Assembly (NCBI GenBank): GCA_950097015.1
Contig: CATNEN010000036.1
Location: 59,547 to 123,546, forward strand
Length of the DNA stretch: 64,000 bases
Source of the DNA: Macrostomum hystrix
Lineage: Eukaryota; Animalia; Platyhelminthes
Reading direction: 5' to 3'
Under the pieces are notes generated by a model. It was not told the origin of the DNA and did not search any database. It worked only from the letters and a program-made list of their open reading frames with translations. The position numbers and the translations under genes were made by a program. Shown here one piece after another: positions 26,048 through 39,400 of the stretch; positions within the stretch are counted from its first letter, which is position 1, and each line of letters opens with the position of its first letter.

Positions 26048-27804
26048 ATCCATTACAATTAATAATAGCATATATTATAATGTTCGTGCATGTTTTAGCT
26101 TGCTTGTCCAACCAAATGAAAATAAAGAACAGCAGCTAAGTCTAATTTTCTAGCTTATTAAAAAATCTGCGGAAGTCGAGTTTTCTGCCCTTTTACAGCT
26201 CCAATTTATATTGTTCTGAAGTGTCGCGATCCAAGCGTTTCCTGTTAGGCTGCCGCTGTTCTCGGAAGTGTTGGTAGTTGATAGCGTAACATTACTGCTT
26301 CACTTCTATTTTCGCTCCTGCAAGCTTCTTCTCCTGCCCAAGAAGAAGCTTACTTCTCAAAATTAAAATCGAAATAAAAAACGTCGAATTTTATAACTTT
26401 CCTAATTAGCAACGTATATGGGTTAAAGGAAAGTTAATTGAGGAGAATATTGGCGAGAATAGTAAAAAGTAATAATCCACTGCAACGTCTTTGATTCTCG
26501 CCTTTTTACATCTTGGTCATTGATTTGTCTTTTTAAATATAAATACCTGTTCCAAGGACCACTACAAGAGACTTCTATTGTTCCTTGATCTGAACAGCCA
26601 TAAATAAAAAACTTGTAATTGCTTCGATTTTAGCATTTGATTGAAATTTTAATAAAATCCAGAAATAATTCTACGTAGACTCTAAAGTAGTGCAGTTTTT
26701 AAGAGCTATGTGAAAGATCAGATTTGTTATTTTCAACCTATCTTTCTTGGAAACACTTGACACCCATGACATCCCTAGGCCTACTACAGCTAGGGCGATA
26801 TGTATCTACTGTATGTCATTTGTCATTGTACTTAAACGTTAAATGTACATGGCAGATTCAAGATATCTTGACATAGAAAGAATAATTTCTCCGTCCTACA
26901 ACAGCCCCATAATACTAAGATGATAGAAAATGTGAACCATGCTGTCATATGCTGTCCCATTTTCCATGGTCCCATAATAAAAAACTTGCCTTGGAATAAG
27001 CCTATAAAGTATAAGTATTGTGCTGTGAATCACGAAGTTTACCCACAAAAAGGTCTTACAAAAACATTTAGAGAAATAGGCCTAGGCCTATTCACCAGTT
27101 TTTATAAAAATTCAGAAAGTGGCAATTAAAAAAGACATGATTTTAAAATAAGTTTGTTAGATTTTTAGATTAGCTATTTAATGAAATTAATTAATGTTCA
27201 TCTTCATAACTTACGAAATCTGGACTCTGGACTAGTACTAGCTTAGCTTATAGTTATAGCTAGGCCAACTTTTTTAAATTTTGAGTTACCCTTTTAAATA
27301 TTTTATGCTAATCTTTTGAATTGAGCTCATGCTTTTGGTAGCTTATTAATTTTTTTAAACTAAGGAAGAGCATTGTTTTAATTTATTTAATTTTCAACAT
27401 GTTTTGCCTTTGCTTAAGGCATCATCAGGAACAGTTTATGTGGTGAAAGTTGACATAGACAGTAAATAAATAGGGTTGAGTAAGGTTCACTAAGTCAATG
27501 TAAATAGGTATGGGGTCATTTGAATTGCACAAAAATGCACACAAAGGTGAATAGATCAAAGGTTACGTAATAGAGGGAGTAAAGAGAAAGAGAAAAGAGT
27601 GAGTGAGAGTGAGGTAGTACTAATGGCAATGCATGCCTGAGTTTTTTGGGCATATGCACATGGGAAGTTAACTAATCTCCCTCAACAATTAAAAAAATCA
27701 TAGTTGAGCAAAAAAAAACTTTTTTAATTAAAGAGAAAAATTTGGCACTGATAGGCCTACTATTTGCATTTATATAATAGTTAATAATAATAATAATTGA
27801 TTAC

Positions 27805-28070
27805 ACCTGCCCCAATTGGGTCAGATGTGCAGCCGACAGCACAGCTGCAGCTAATGCGCGGCGCATCTGAAGGCTGCGTACAGCTGTTCAGTCCATGGAC
27901 TGGGGGGACGCCACACCCACCTTCAATTATCCCAGCTGATGCTGGTACCCATTTAACAGCTGGGTGAACTGAAGCAATGCAGAGTTAAGTGTCTTGCTAA
28001 AGGACACAAATTGTTCCAGTGGAGTCGGGAATCGAACCCCCGACCTTCAAGTCGTGAGTCCGACGCCTCA
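27805..28070 (-). mobile_element. tRNA-derived SINE, family B, copy 2
   Basis: Reverse complement aligns by eye over most of copy 1. Confidence 0.85.
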
Positions 28071-28574
28071 CTATATATATATTATATTATATATATGCAT
28101 ATAAATAGTATCTAATAGCTCTTTATTTCATATATCATAATAAAGTGATTCAAAGAACTTAAGCTTCTTAAGCTTAAGGTTTATGATATTTTAGTTAAGT
28201 AATTGCTTTGATAGTAGTAGAAAATAATACTCATGATTCTACTTATTTCCAAAGTTTTTTTATAAGAATAATAACATTTGTAGTTTTGTATTGGGTTAAA
28301 ATCAAAATTTTTATGCACCTAAGTTATTAATTGCTTATTTGCTTACTTTATTATAATAGACTTCTCATATACCATATGTATATATACTATAATAAATACG
28401 AGTATGTTTATAACATTTAGCTATTGTCAAACATTATATAATTCAATTGGCCTATATAAACATTGTTTGTAAATTTCTTTGAAGATTTTGTTGATTCAAT
28501 CAATTATCAGTACTTTCTGTCAGTGAATTTACCAAAATAATGATTAGATTTTTCAGATTATACCCATAAAAAGC

Positions 28575-30394
28575 ATGGAAGATGCTCTACTATCCATGGA
28601 GACTACCACAGAGATGGAGTCTCTATACAACATGTATGGCTTTGATGGTGTAGCTGAGCCTAAAACTGACATTTCGACTTCATTTGCCACTCCTAGCCTT
28701 CCAAGGTTCGTGTACAGTTTATTTCGCCAATTTAGTCAAGCTACTATTACGCAATCAATACTAGATGCATCTCACCTGTACCCCATTATTCAGCTTGGAC
28801 TCTTCCTCAGTCGCTGACATCGAGGTCAGGCTGCGACCATTGAAACGACTGCCGCCAGACACTCGCTACATGTTCCAACGCTACGGAGACTGTTTAGACG
28901 CCCTTGACGCCCAATTCGACCTGCTAATGCGTCGCCTTCTCGCCCAGGCTGCGTCAGTAGCAACGGGACTGTCCGACAGTGACAGTGTCGGGCTGTCATT
29001 GACTGCACCGGACGAAGCCTCCCACGAGCCGTGCCTGCTGATTGGCCGGGTGGTGCCGCCGTCTGCTGCGGCTTCGTCTGCGTCGACGTCTATTGCGGCA
29101 ACTTCGTCGACGGCTGCGTCTACTGTCGAAGTGGACGGTCGTTTGGCGCCGCCGGCCCTGCTGCTCGAATGCCCGTCATCGTCAGGCGCAGCAATTGTTA
29201 GCGTCGATTTAACCGGCTGCTCGAACGGCTCCGGCAGTCGCTATTCATTGTTTCCCGGTCAGGTGATCGGCGTCCGTGGTTCGAATCCCACTGGTAAATT
29301 ATTTCTAGCCGACGCCGTCCTGACGCCTTCGCCGCCGCCACCGGTGGAGCTGACACCGGCTGGTCAGGCCAGCCTGGACTTGGCGCTGGCCAGCGGTCCT
29401 TTCGACACCGACTCTCTGGCCGCTCTGCTGCGCGCCTGCGCCGGCGGGCGTGACAGGCCGCACGTCCTGCTCATCACCGGCCCTGGCTGGCGTCGAATTA
29501 CTTCTGCTGCTTCCGGCAGTGTCGATCCGAATATGGAATCCGCCGCGAAATTCTGTCAGCAGCGCGGAGTACAGCTGGTCATTCAGGTTGGAATTCTGTT
29601 GATTCTGTTCACTTGTATAGCCTTAGCCTACCCTACCAAACATAACCTACCCTACCAAGCATAGCCTACCCTACCAATCATAGCCTACCCTACCAATCAT
29701 AGCCTACCCTACCAATCATAGCCTACCCTACCAAGCATAGCCTAGCCTACCAAGCATAGCCTACCCTACCAATCATAGCCTACCCTACCAATCATAGCCT
29801 ACCCTACCAAGCATAGCCTACCCTACCAAGCATAGCCTACCTAGCATAGTTTATCCTACGAACCCTGGCCTGCAGGCTCCGCCAGGGCCAGTGTACCCGG
29901 CCCCAGAGCTGGCTAGCCCGGGCCACGGCGCCATCTGCGTCCCCGATCCTGCTCAGCTGCTGGTTGAAACCTCCGGCCACCAGCTGGCCTTCACCGGCAT
30001 CGACACCGTGGCCCACTTGGCCGCCGAGGAGGTCAGCGGAGGAGGCGGCAGCGACGCCCAGGACGGTGCCAGCGGAGATCGACTGAGCCGCCTGGCCGGC
30101 CACATGCTGTCTCAGGCCTCAATCTACCCGCTGCTGCCGTCTCACGACTCACTGCCATTGGATTATCCCCTCTGGGGTGAGCACTGCTCACTGGGCGATC
30201 AAACTCCTCATCTTCTAGTTGCAGCCTCCCAGGTTAAACCGTTTATCAGCCTGCTGCCGGCCGGTACTAGCGACTCCACCAGCCAGCCTCGATGCTGCTT
30301 CGTCAATCCTGGCCGACTAGCGCGCGGCACCTACGCCCGGGTCAGGCTGGCGGCGGATGGCCGGCTAGCTGACGCTCAGATTATGCGACTCTGA
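28575..30394 (+). CDS. POLA2: DNA polymerase alpha subunit B (p68/p70); 5' end possibly incomplete
   Basis: join(28575..28705,28794..29586,29876..30394), phases 2 and 0 consistent, 480 aa. Motifs RYMFQR, YSLFPGQVIGVRGSNPTG, ASGPF, PHVLLITGP, DRLSRLAGHMLSQASIYPLLP and CCFVNPGRL are typical of Pol alpha B. Confidence 0.9.
29622..29845. repeat. 19-bp minisatellite (CATAGCCTACCCTACCAAK)n filling the last POLA2 intron
   Basis: About 11 units between donor 29587 and acceptor 29875. Confidence 0.95.
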
Positions 30395-30529
30395 ACTGCC
30401 CGGAGCCGGGGACTAGCCCGGCTTTTCTAGGAATCTGCTGGCTGGACTGGTGACATTTAGAAACTCTTTTAAGTTTGCTGTCGGCCGCTTAATTAAGTAG
30501 ACTGTTTCCACCCTTCTAATCTATCTTTT

Positions 30530-31315
30530 CCGCCTCTACAATTACCTCCTTTCCGCCTTTACTATTCCCTCTTTTCCGCTCCTACCGTTTCCTCCTTTCC
30601 GCCCCTTCTATTCACTCCTTTCCGCCCCTACTATTCACTCATTTCTGCCCCTACTATTCCCTCCTTTCCGCCCCTACAATTCACTCCCTTCCGCCCCTAC
30701 TATTCACTCCCTTCCGCCCCTACTATTCACTCCCTTCCGCCCCTACTATTCACTCCCTTCCGCCCCTACTATTCACTCATTTCTGCCCCTACTATTCCCT
30801 CCTTTCCGCCCCTACAATTCACTCCCTTCCGCCCCTACTATTCACTCCCTTCCGCCCCTACTATTCACTCCCTTCCGCCCCTACTATTCACTCCCTTCCG
30901 CCCCTACTATTCACTCATTTCTGCCCCTACTATTCCCTCCTTTCCGCCCCTACAATTCACTCCCTTCCGCCCCTACTATTCACTCCCTTCCGCCCCTACT
31001 ATTCACTCATTTCTGCCCCTACTATTCACTCATTTCTGCCCCTACTATTCACTCATTTCTGCCCCTACTATTCACTCCCTTCCGCCCCTACTATTCACTC
31101 ATTTCTGCCCCTACTATTCACTCATTTCTGCCCCTACTATTAACTCATTTCCGCCCCTACTATTCACTCATTTCTGCCCCTACTATTCACTCATTTCTGC
31201 CCCTACTATTCACTCCCTTCCGCCCCTACCATTCCCTCCTTTCCGCCCCTAAAATTCACTCCCTTCCGCCCCTACTATTCACTCCCTTCCGCCCCTTCAA
31301 TTCCCCCTTTTCCGC
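30530..31315. repeat. 23-bp minisatellite (TTCCGCCCCTACTATTCACTCCC)n
   Basis: About 33 units starting about 140 nt after the POLA2 stop codon. Confidence 0.95.
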
Positions 31316-32054
31316 TAATCCTCTAATCTTCCCTCAAAATCCTAATCTTCCCTTTCCGCCTCTACTCTCCCCTAATCGGGTGTCGTTTTTTTGAGAAGCA
31401 CTTAAATGCTAGTTGACAACATATTTATATTTATTATACAATTTATCGTGTGGTTTACAGTTTAGGTCATTTTTCAATCTAGAAAAAAATCGTCTTAAGG
31501 CTTTTTAAAAGTTTATTTTCATGTAATGTTGTTCTGAAGCATTTCTTCCATCTGCTTTTATCGAATCCTACAAAATTTAGCTAAGTTTAAGTTGTTGCAG
31601 CTCTATTGTCTTTAGAAGTGTTTTTGTGTATGTAAGTTGAGTTGCATTTAAATTTTATTGCAATAATCTTATTATATAATTGAATTGTTTACACTTTCCA
31701 TTCGGGTCATTTAATACAGTTCTTAAACATATTGGCATTTATATACCTACTTACAACAGTAACATGCTATGTTTATAGTTCTATTTTTACACAGTAATCA
31801 ATGCTTCCCCTTAAATGCCTAGTGCATGTGCCTAATAATCTGGTATAATGTAGTTATTTATTTCATGCCCTAATTAAATTGTCTATAATTCCTGTAATTT
31901 CCTGAGTCTTTGTGTTTTTTTTAAAACAATTTTTTCGTAAATGCTACTGCCAGTAGCAGTAGGGTATTTAAATACTAAAAAATAGAGACACCGCTTAAGG
32001 TAAACTACTGCAAGTAGTGATATTGATTTTTATGAATTTGTCTAGTTTATAATC

Positions 32055-32130
32055 AGGGTTTCGATTCGCGACTCCACCGTGTTCTTTAAGACACTAAGAC
32101 ACTAAATTCCTCATTGCTTGGGTGCCTGTG
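32055..32130 (+). mobile_element. Short SINE fragment related to family B
   Basis: B-box-like GGTTTCGATTCGCGACTCC followed by AAGACACT...CATTGCT, similar to the head-core junction of family B. Confidence 0.45.
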
Positions 32131-32479
32131 AATACTGTAAGCAGAATAAATATTCCCTATATTTGTGGTTCTTACCACCAGATACTCCTCTCCAGAGAAT
32201 ATTTTTATTCTAGAAGTTGTCTCCTCGGTTAGAGTAGAAAAATTTAGTCCGTGTTCTGGATTGATTAAATATTTTGGGAAATACAGAGGAAAGAAAAATG
32301 ACTTATAGACTAAGTGGCTGTACGCAGAAGAGATGATGAGAGTGTGACTGATTCGTGAATTAAAAAATTCCTATTCAGCATTGAAACCACAGCCGAATCT
32401 CGCATCCCGATTGGTTGGATGCAGTGCTGCACGAACGCATTAATTATAGCGCATTGCATTTGAAGAACCCACCCAGCCC

Positions 32480-34369
32480 ATGGACCAGCAGCGGCACTCT
32501 TACGAAGAGGGTCGCTATGTAAACAAACTGTTTCGCTGCTTTGTCCTGCGCAGCATTCAAGTCATCCTGCAGAGCCGGGCTAGTCGCCTGTTCCGATGCG
32601 TTTGTCGCGACCACAGCTCTGTTGAGATGCTCGGCCTGAGCTTAGAAGACGATCCCCAGATTGCCCTGTCGGTGAAGCATCGGCTGGCTGGACTGCCCGA
32701 TCTGAGACACGGTGACGCCGTCTCTGTGCAAGTCTTTCTCACCTGCTCTGAGAATATCGGCGACGGCAGGGCTGTTGCTGAGGTCGACGGAGCTGAAGGC
32801 GAGCGGCTTTACCTGGAAGTGTGGACTTTTCGCTACGCAGACGAGAACGATCCGCAGATTCGACGAGCTAAGGTAGATCAGCGATTTTAATGTTGCTATG
32901 CAAATTAGTGTCCTTAGCAACGATTAGAATATAGCAATGTCTGGTGTCGAGACTTGACAAACCTTAAAGCTTCCTTAGCAACGCCCTCAGATATTATTAT
33001 CTACAAAAATCTCTCGGCACAATGTCTGGGTCTCGGCATCGGTAATTATTTATTAATAATAAGTATAATACTAAGCCCTAATAATATCAACTGTACTTAA
33101 GAAATCCTCAGGGTCTTTGTTATCTACAGCTAACATAATGTTAACAACAAATTGAGCGTCCTTGGTAACGCATACGTTTTAAGCTTAACCGCATTGATAG
33201 GTAGCTCGTAGGTAATTAATTTTTTGTTACCTTAACTGACCATTTCTCTAATCTGAATCCGGCACTCGAACCAGGCATTCGACCGCCTCACTGTGGCCCT
33301 CAAAGCTCTGTGGTCCGTGGCTCGCGCCCTGCCAGCCTATCGCGTAGCGCGTCGCGAAGTGACCGAGCGACGCGTCTTGTGCTACCGCCTGCTGGCTGGC
33401 GCAGCGGATCCGGCCGTCCTGGGGCCGGGCTACCAGAACCGGCGCGTTGCCTCGGTCAGAAGCCTGGCCGGGACGCTATCTCTCACCTGCTCGTTTCGCA
33501 GTCCAATTCGCATTGGCCCGGAGTCGATGCGGCTGGACGAGGCTCATTATCAGATGGCTGACAGTGTCAGTGCTGAGGATACAGTCGACACTGTTGATGC
33601 TCCAGTTGTTAAAGAAAATGTTGAGTCTATTCTCAAACTAGAGCAGCCGATGAGCATATCAGCGAGTGTTGAAGAGCAGCAGCAGCAGCAGCAGCAGCAG
33701 AAGGAGGCTAAACTGGCGATTATCAAACAATCGATCTTCTGTCCAGCTGGTCCATTTGCTAATGGCTACGACTTCGATGTTCCCGATGGCGGCGTCGGTG
33801 ACTACGTAGACTTTTTCGACGATCTGCCGTTCAGTTCGTTGATGCTGAATCAGGACACTGCCGCATCCGGTGCGGAAGTTGGCGTTAACGACGAAGACGA
33901 TGGAGATATTTTCGATAATGACGACATCCTCGAACAGGAAGGTCCTTGCGAATTGTCGGCGGAATTGTCCGACGGCGAAGACAATGTTGCGGAGAACGAT
34001 GCCGACAAGTTAGACAATATCGCCGCCGCCGTGTCTGCGACTCAATTGTCTCAGCCCACGATAGACGAAGCAGCTGGCAAAGCCGTTGACGACGACGCAG
34101 AGGACGCCAAGGAGGCGACCGAGTCCTACGGCGTGTTGTCGGAGTATATGCCATTCGCCAGCGACAGTTCGGCGGCAGATCTGCAACGACTGGAGCAGTT
34201 GAAATCTGCCGTTCGATTGGAGATGTTTGCCGCGCCGCCGCCGTTGGTCGATCGCATCGGCGACATTCCGCGCCAGTTGGAGTTTTTCGAACGCGATCTA
34301 GCAGACTTTGATCGAATGCTGAACAACATGCTGGAGCGGAGCAGCGATTCAGAAGCTGAGGAACTTTGA
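32480..34369 (+). CDS. ATG13: Autophagy-related protein 13 (HORMA domain plus disordered tail), 2 exons, 495 aa
   Basis: join(32480..32872,33275..34369), phase 0. Motifs KLFRCFVLRSIQVILQSR, LEVWTF, FDRLTVALKALWSVARALPAYRVAR and C-terminal IPRQLEFFERDLADFD match ATG13 patterns. Confidence 0.85.
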
Positions 34370-34633
34370 GCTAGTTTTAAAACTGACATGCCATCTCCAT
34401 GCCGCAAATATCAAGTGTCTTTTATATATACTACTTGATTCAAACAGTGATCAAAGTAGTATGAAATGCATGTTGCGACGAAGCGCCTCCCCTCGTTGAT
34501 TACTTTTTTTGTCATTCATGCTCGCCGCCTTTTACGGAGAAGATTAACAGAAGATAATAGGAAAATCATCAAATAAAAACATGCTCATTTACTCAAACCT
34601 TTCGGAGCAAATGTGCAATAGTCCGTTGGACCA

Positions 34634-35270
34634 TTCTCCCACTTATCCCTCATTTATCACAATCAGTTTCTCAAATCTCCCACTTATCCCTCATTTATCA
34701 CAATCAGTTTCTTAATTCTCCCACTTATCCCTCATTTATCACAACCAGTTTCTTAAATCTCCCACTTATCCCTCATTTATCACAACCAGTTTCTTAAATC
34801 TCCCACTTATCCCTCATTTATCACAACCAGTTTCTTAATTCTCCCACTTATCCGTCATTTATCACAACCAGTTTCTTAAATCTCCCACTTATCCCTCATT
34901 TATCACAACCAGTTTCTTAAATCTCCCACTTATCCGTCATTTATCACAATCAGTTTCTCAAATCTCCCACTTATCCCTCATTTATCACAATCAGTTTCTC
35001 AAATCTCCCACTTATCCCTCATTTATCACAATCAGTTTCTTAAATCTCCCACTTATCCCTCATTTATCACAATCAGTTTCTCAAATCTCCCACTTATCCC
35101 TCATTTATCACAATCAGTTTCTCAAATCTCCCACTTATCCCTCATTTATCACAACCAGTTTCTCAAATCTCCCACTTATCCCTCATTTATCACAATCAGT
35201 CTCTCCATTTTCTCACTTATCCCTCATTTATCACAATCAGTCTCTCCAGTCCCTCACTTATCCCTCATTG
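34634..35270. repeat. 41-bp minisatellite (TCTCCCACTTATCCCTCATTTATCACAATCAGTTTCTCAAA)n
   Basis: About 15 units downstream of ATG13. Confidence 0.95.
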
Positions 35271-35948
35271 AAATCTTATGTAACTAACTGGAAATAAGAA
35301 ATATAATCAAATCTATTAAGTTATCAACAGAAAAAAATATTTTTTCTTCTGTTTTGTCTTTTGTCTTTCTTAAGTAAGAAATGGAAATTGTTTGTTATCG
35401 TAAAAACTATTTTCTTTAGCCCCTAGACAAGGGCGTCAAACATTATTTATTAGATTTTGTAATTATTGCGTGCTGTATTGTCTGGTCTTAATTATCATTG
35501 TCTGATTGTCTGATTAGTAATTGTTTTGTGATCCGGAACATATTTTTATAAAACTACTATAAGTAGAAGCTAATGGACATTAGTGTGAATATGCGTGTCT
35601 AGGGTACATTCGCGTCTTTCGTCATTTCGCCTTGTAAAAAATTATTGTAAAACTTTACGCATATATATATATATATTTGTCGAGCATATGTTCACTTTAA
35701 TTACTAAGAGTAGGCTAGTAGTTGATGTTATTTTTTTCGCAGCTATGTGAAACTCCTTCGTCATGCATGTTTAATCAATTTGAAAATAAATTTCATGAGG
35801 TTGATTAGAATTGTAACTTGCTCGATTAAATTGATCATCCAGTAAGCATGAATTTATTCTTCTCATTTAATGCAGACTATAATAATTTTTGTCTGTAAAC
35901 ATTTAAATAGCTCGTACAATAGATGGTGTCTATTCTAAGTGCACATTC

Positions 35949-36285
35949 GGGTGGTGGGTAGTAGAGCGGTCTGACGCGTTGGCCTCTCGCACCAAGGTCC
36001 CTGAGCTCGATTCCAAGGTGAGGCCGCATTTAATTGGTGCACAGCCATAGAGTGATGGGGCCTTGTCATGCAATTTACGCCTTTGAGGGCTAGCACCAAC
36101 CTCCAAGGCACAGTGAGAGTGAACACTGTCTGACGATGAGAAAGAGCGTGTGCCTGCGTACAGTATCTGTGTGCGTGTGTGCTCAGGAGTCAGCGAAATG
36201 GGCAGAATTGCCTCCTTGCTGGCTGCGGGTCTAGTGTCACCAAATGATGTGCCATTGCCTGCAGCCCTCCTGCAATTATTTATTT
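35949..36285 (+). mobile_element. SINE family A, copy 3
   Basis: Full head and tail with a deletion in the central hairpin; ends about 135 nt upstream of the QNG1 ATG. Confidence 0.85.
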
Positions 36286-36420
36286 ATATATTTAACAAGG
36301 GCACATTGTTACCCACAAGATTCGAACTCTTGACCTCTACTAAACAGTGCAGCGACTTCTTAAAACTTGAAATCCTTCGATCCTAGGATACAATCGACAT
36401 CGACATTGCAGACCTTGGCG

Positions 36421-39400
36421 ATGTCATCTGGAGACTCAGCTGAGCCGATGTGGCCCCGAGAGGCTGCCGCTTGGATTGTGAGCCAGGCGGATCACGTGAC
36501 TGTGTCCGTGACCGGCATCCAATCGCTGGCCGAAACCTTGCAGCCGGTGTTTGAACGGGGCGACTATTCTCTGGCTAGTTGGCGTCAGCATTCCTTGAAT
36601 CCTAAGACGGCTGATGGGCGCGCTGTCGGCTGGGTGTTCCTTGCCGACACGCTAAACTTCTCATTTTGGTCTGACGCTGAGGTATACTTGGAGTTGTGTC
36701 TGGGGAGTGCTACAGACACTGTTGGTTGTTATTGGCGAGTGCTACAGACTCTGTTGGTTGTTATTGGCGAGTGCTACAGACACTGTTGGTTGTTATTGGC
36801 GAGTGCTACAGACTCTGTTGGTTGTTATTGGCGAGTGCTATAGACACTGTTGGTTGTTATTGGCGAGTGCTATAGACACTGTTGGTTGTTATTGGCGAGT
36901 GCTACAGACTCTGTTGGTTGTTATTGGCGAGTGCTACAGACACTGTTGGTTGTTATTGGCGAGTGCTACAGACTCTGTTGGTTGTTATTGGCGAGTGCTA
37001 TAGACACTGTTGGTTGTTATTGGCGAGTGCTACAGACTCTGTTGGTTGTTATTGGCGAGTGCTACAGACACTGTTGGTTGTTATTGGCGAGTGCTACAGA
37101 CTCTGTTGGTTGTTATTGGCGAGTGCTATAGACACTGTTGGTTGTTATTGGCGAGTGCTACAGACTCTGTTGGTTGTTATTGGCGAGTGCTATAGACACT
37201 GTTGGTTGTTATTGGCGAGTGCTACAGACTCTGTTGGTTGTTATTGGCGAGTGCTACAGACACTGTTGGTTGTTATTGGCGAGTGCTACAGACTCTGTTG
37301 GTTGTTATTGGCGAGTGCTACAGACTCTGTTGGTTGTTATTGGCGAGTGCTACAGACTCTGTTGGTTGTGACTAGCGAGTGCTACAGACTCTGTTGGTTG
37401 TTATTGGCAAGTGCTACAGACACTGTTGGTTGTTAGTGGCGAGTGCTACAGACTCTGTTGGTTGTTATTGGCGAGTGCTACAGACACTGTTGGTTGTTAG
37501 TGGCGAGTGCTACAGACACTGTTAGTTGTTATTGACGAGTGCTACAGACACAATGTTGGTTGTTATTGACGAGTGCTACAGACACTGTTAGTTGTTATTG
37601 ACGAGTGCTACAGACACAATGTTGGTTGTTATTGACGAGTGCTACAGACACTGTTAGTTGTTAGTGGCGAGTGCTACAGACACTGTTGGCTGTGACTAGC
37701 GAGTGCTACAGACACTGTTGGTTGTGACTAGCGAGTGCTACAGACACTGTTGGTTGTGACTAGCGAGTGCTACAGACACGCTGTAAAATCATTCTATAAC
37801 AGGCGGATGCAAAGTTTAGCGTGACCTACGCCGGCGAGAAGCACACTGGCTACTGGTCCCTGTGCGCCGCCATCAACCGCAGCCTAGACGAAGGCGTCGA
37901 CCTGCTCGACCCGCGCCAGTGGGTCAGCCTGACCCTGGACCGATTGCGCCACCTGATGCGCGGCGACAGCGCCGGCTCCGAGATGCCGCTGATGCAGGAC
38001 AGGCTAGCTTGTCTTCAGGAGACTGGCAAGATCCTGGTTGATCGGCACGGCGGCGATTTCAACAATGTGCTGCTGGCGGCTGGTGGCTCTGCGAAGCGAC
38101 TCGTGGAGCTGGTGCTGCGCGAGTTCCCCTGCTACAGGGATGTCTCCTGCTACAAGGTTGGGAGAAATTATGCTGGAATAAGGATGATGGAATGGGATGG
38201 AAGGATGATGGAATGAGATTGAATGATGATGGAATGGGATTGAAGGATGATGGAATGGGATTGAAGGATGATGGAATGGGATTGAAGGATGATTGAATCG
38301 GATTGAAGGATGATGGAATGGGATTGAAGGATGATGGAATGGGATTGAAGGATGATGGAATGAGATTGAAGGATGATGGAATGGGATTGAAGGATGATGG
38401 AATGGGATTGAAGGATGATGAAATGGGATTGAAGGATGATTGAATCGGGAAAGGATGATGGAATGGGATTGAATGATGATGGAATGGGATTGAAGGATGA
38501 TGGAATGGGATTGAAGGATGATGGAATGGGATTGAAGGATGATTGAATCGGGAAAGGATGATGGAATGGGATTGAATGATGATGGAATGGTATTGAAGGA
38601 TGATGGAATGGGATTGAAGGATGATGGAATGGGATTGAAGGATGATGAAATGGGATTGAAGGATGATTGAATCGGATTGAAGGATGATGGAATGGGATTG
38701 AAGGATGATGGAATGGGATTGAAGGATGATGAAATGGATTGAAGGATGATTGAATCGGGAAAGGATGATGGAATGGGATTGAATGATGATGGAATGGGAT
38801 TGAAGGATGATGGAATGGGATTGAAGGATGATGGAATGGGATTGAAGGATGATGGAATGGGATTGAAGGATGATGGAATGGGATTGAATGATGATGGAAT
38901 GGTATTGAAGGATGATGGAATGGGATTGAAGGATGATGGAATGGGATTGAAGGATGATGGAATGGGATTGAAGGATGATGGAATGGGATTGAAGGATGAT
39001 GAAATGGGATTGAAGGATGATTGAATCGGGAAAGGATGATGGAATGGGATTGAAGGATGATGAAATGGGATTGAAGGATGATTGAATCGGGAAAGGATGA
39101 TGGAATGGGATTGAATGATGATGGAATGGGATTGAAGGATGATCGAATGGGATTGAAGGATGATGGAATGGGATTGAAGGATGATGGAATGGGATTGAAG
39201 GATGATGAAATGGGATTGAAGGATGATTGAATCGGGAAAGGATGATGGATTGCGGACAGAATGGTTGAGCTGAGTCGGGTTACTGAGGTTGGGGAAAACA
39301 ATTTTAGGATCTAGTTTTATCAAGTATATCTATATTCGGTTTACCGCGATCACTCGCCAGGGCCGCCAAGTCGGCCTGTACAAGCGCGCCCAGATTCTCG

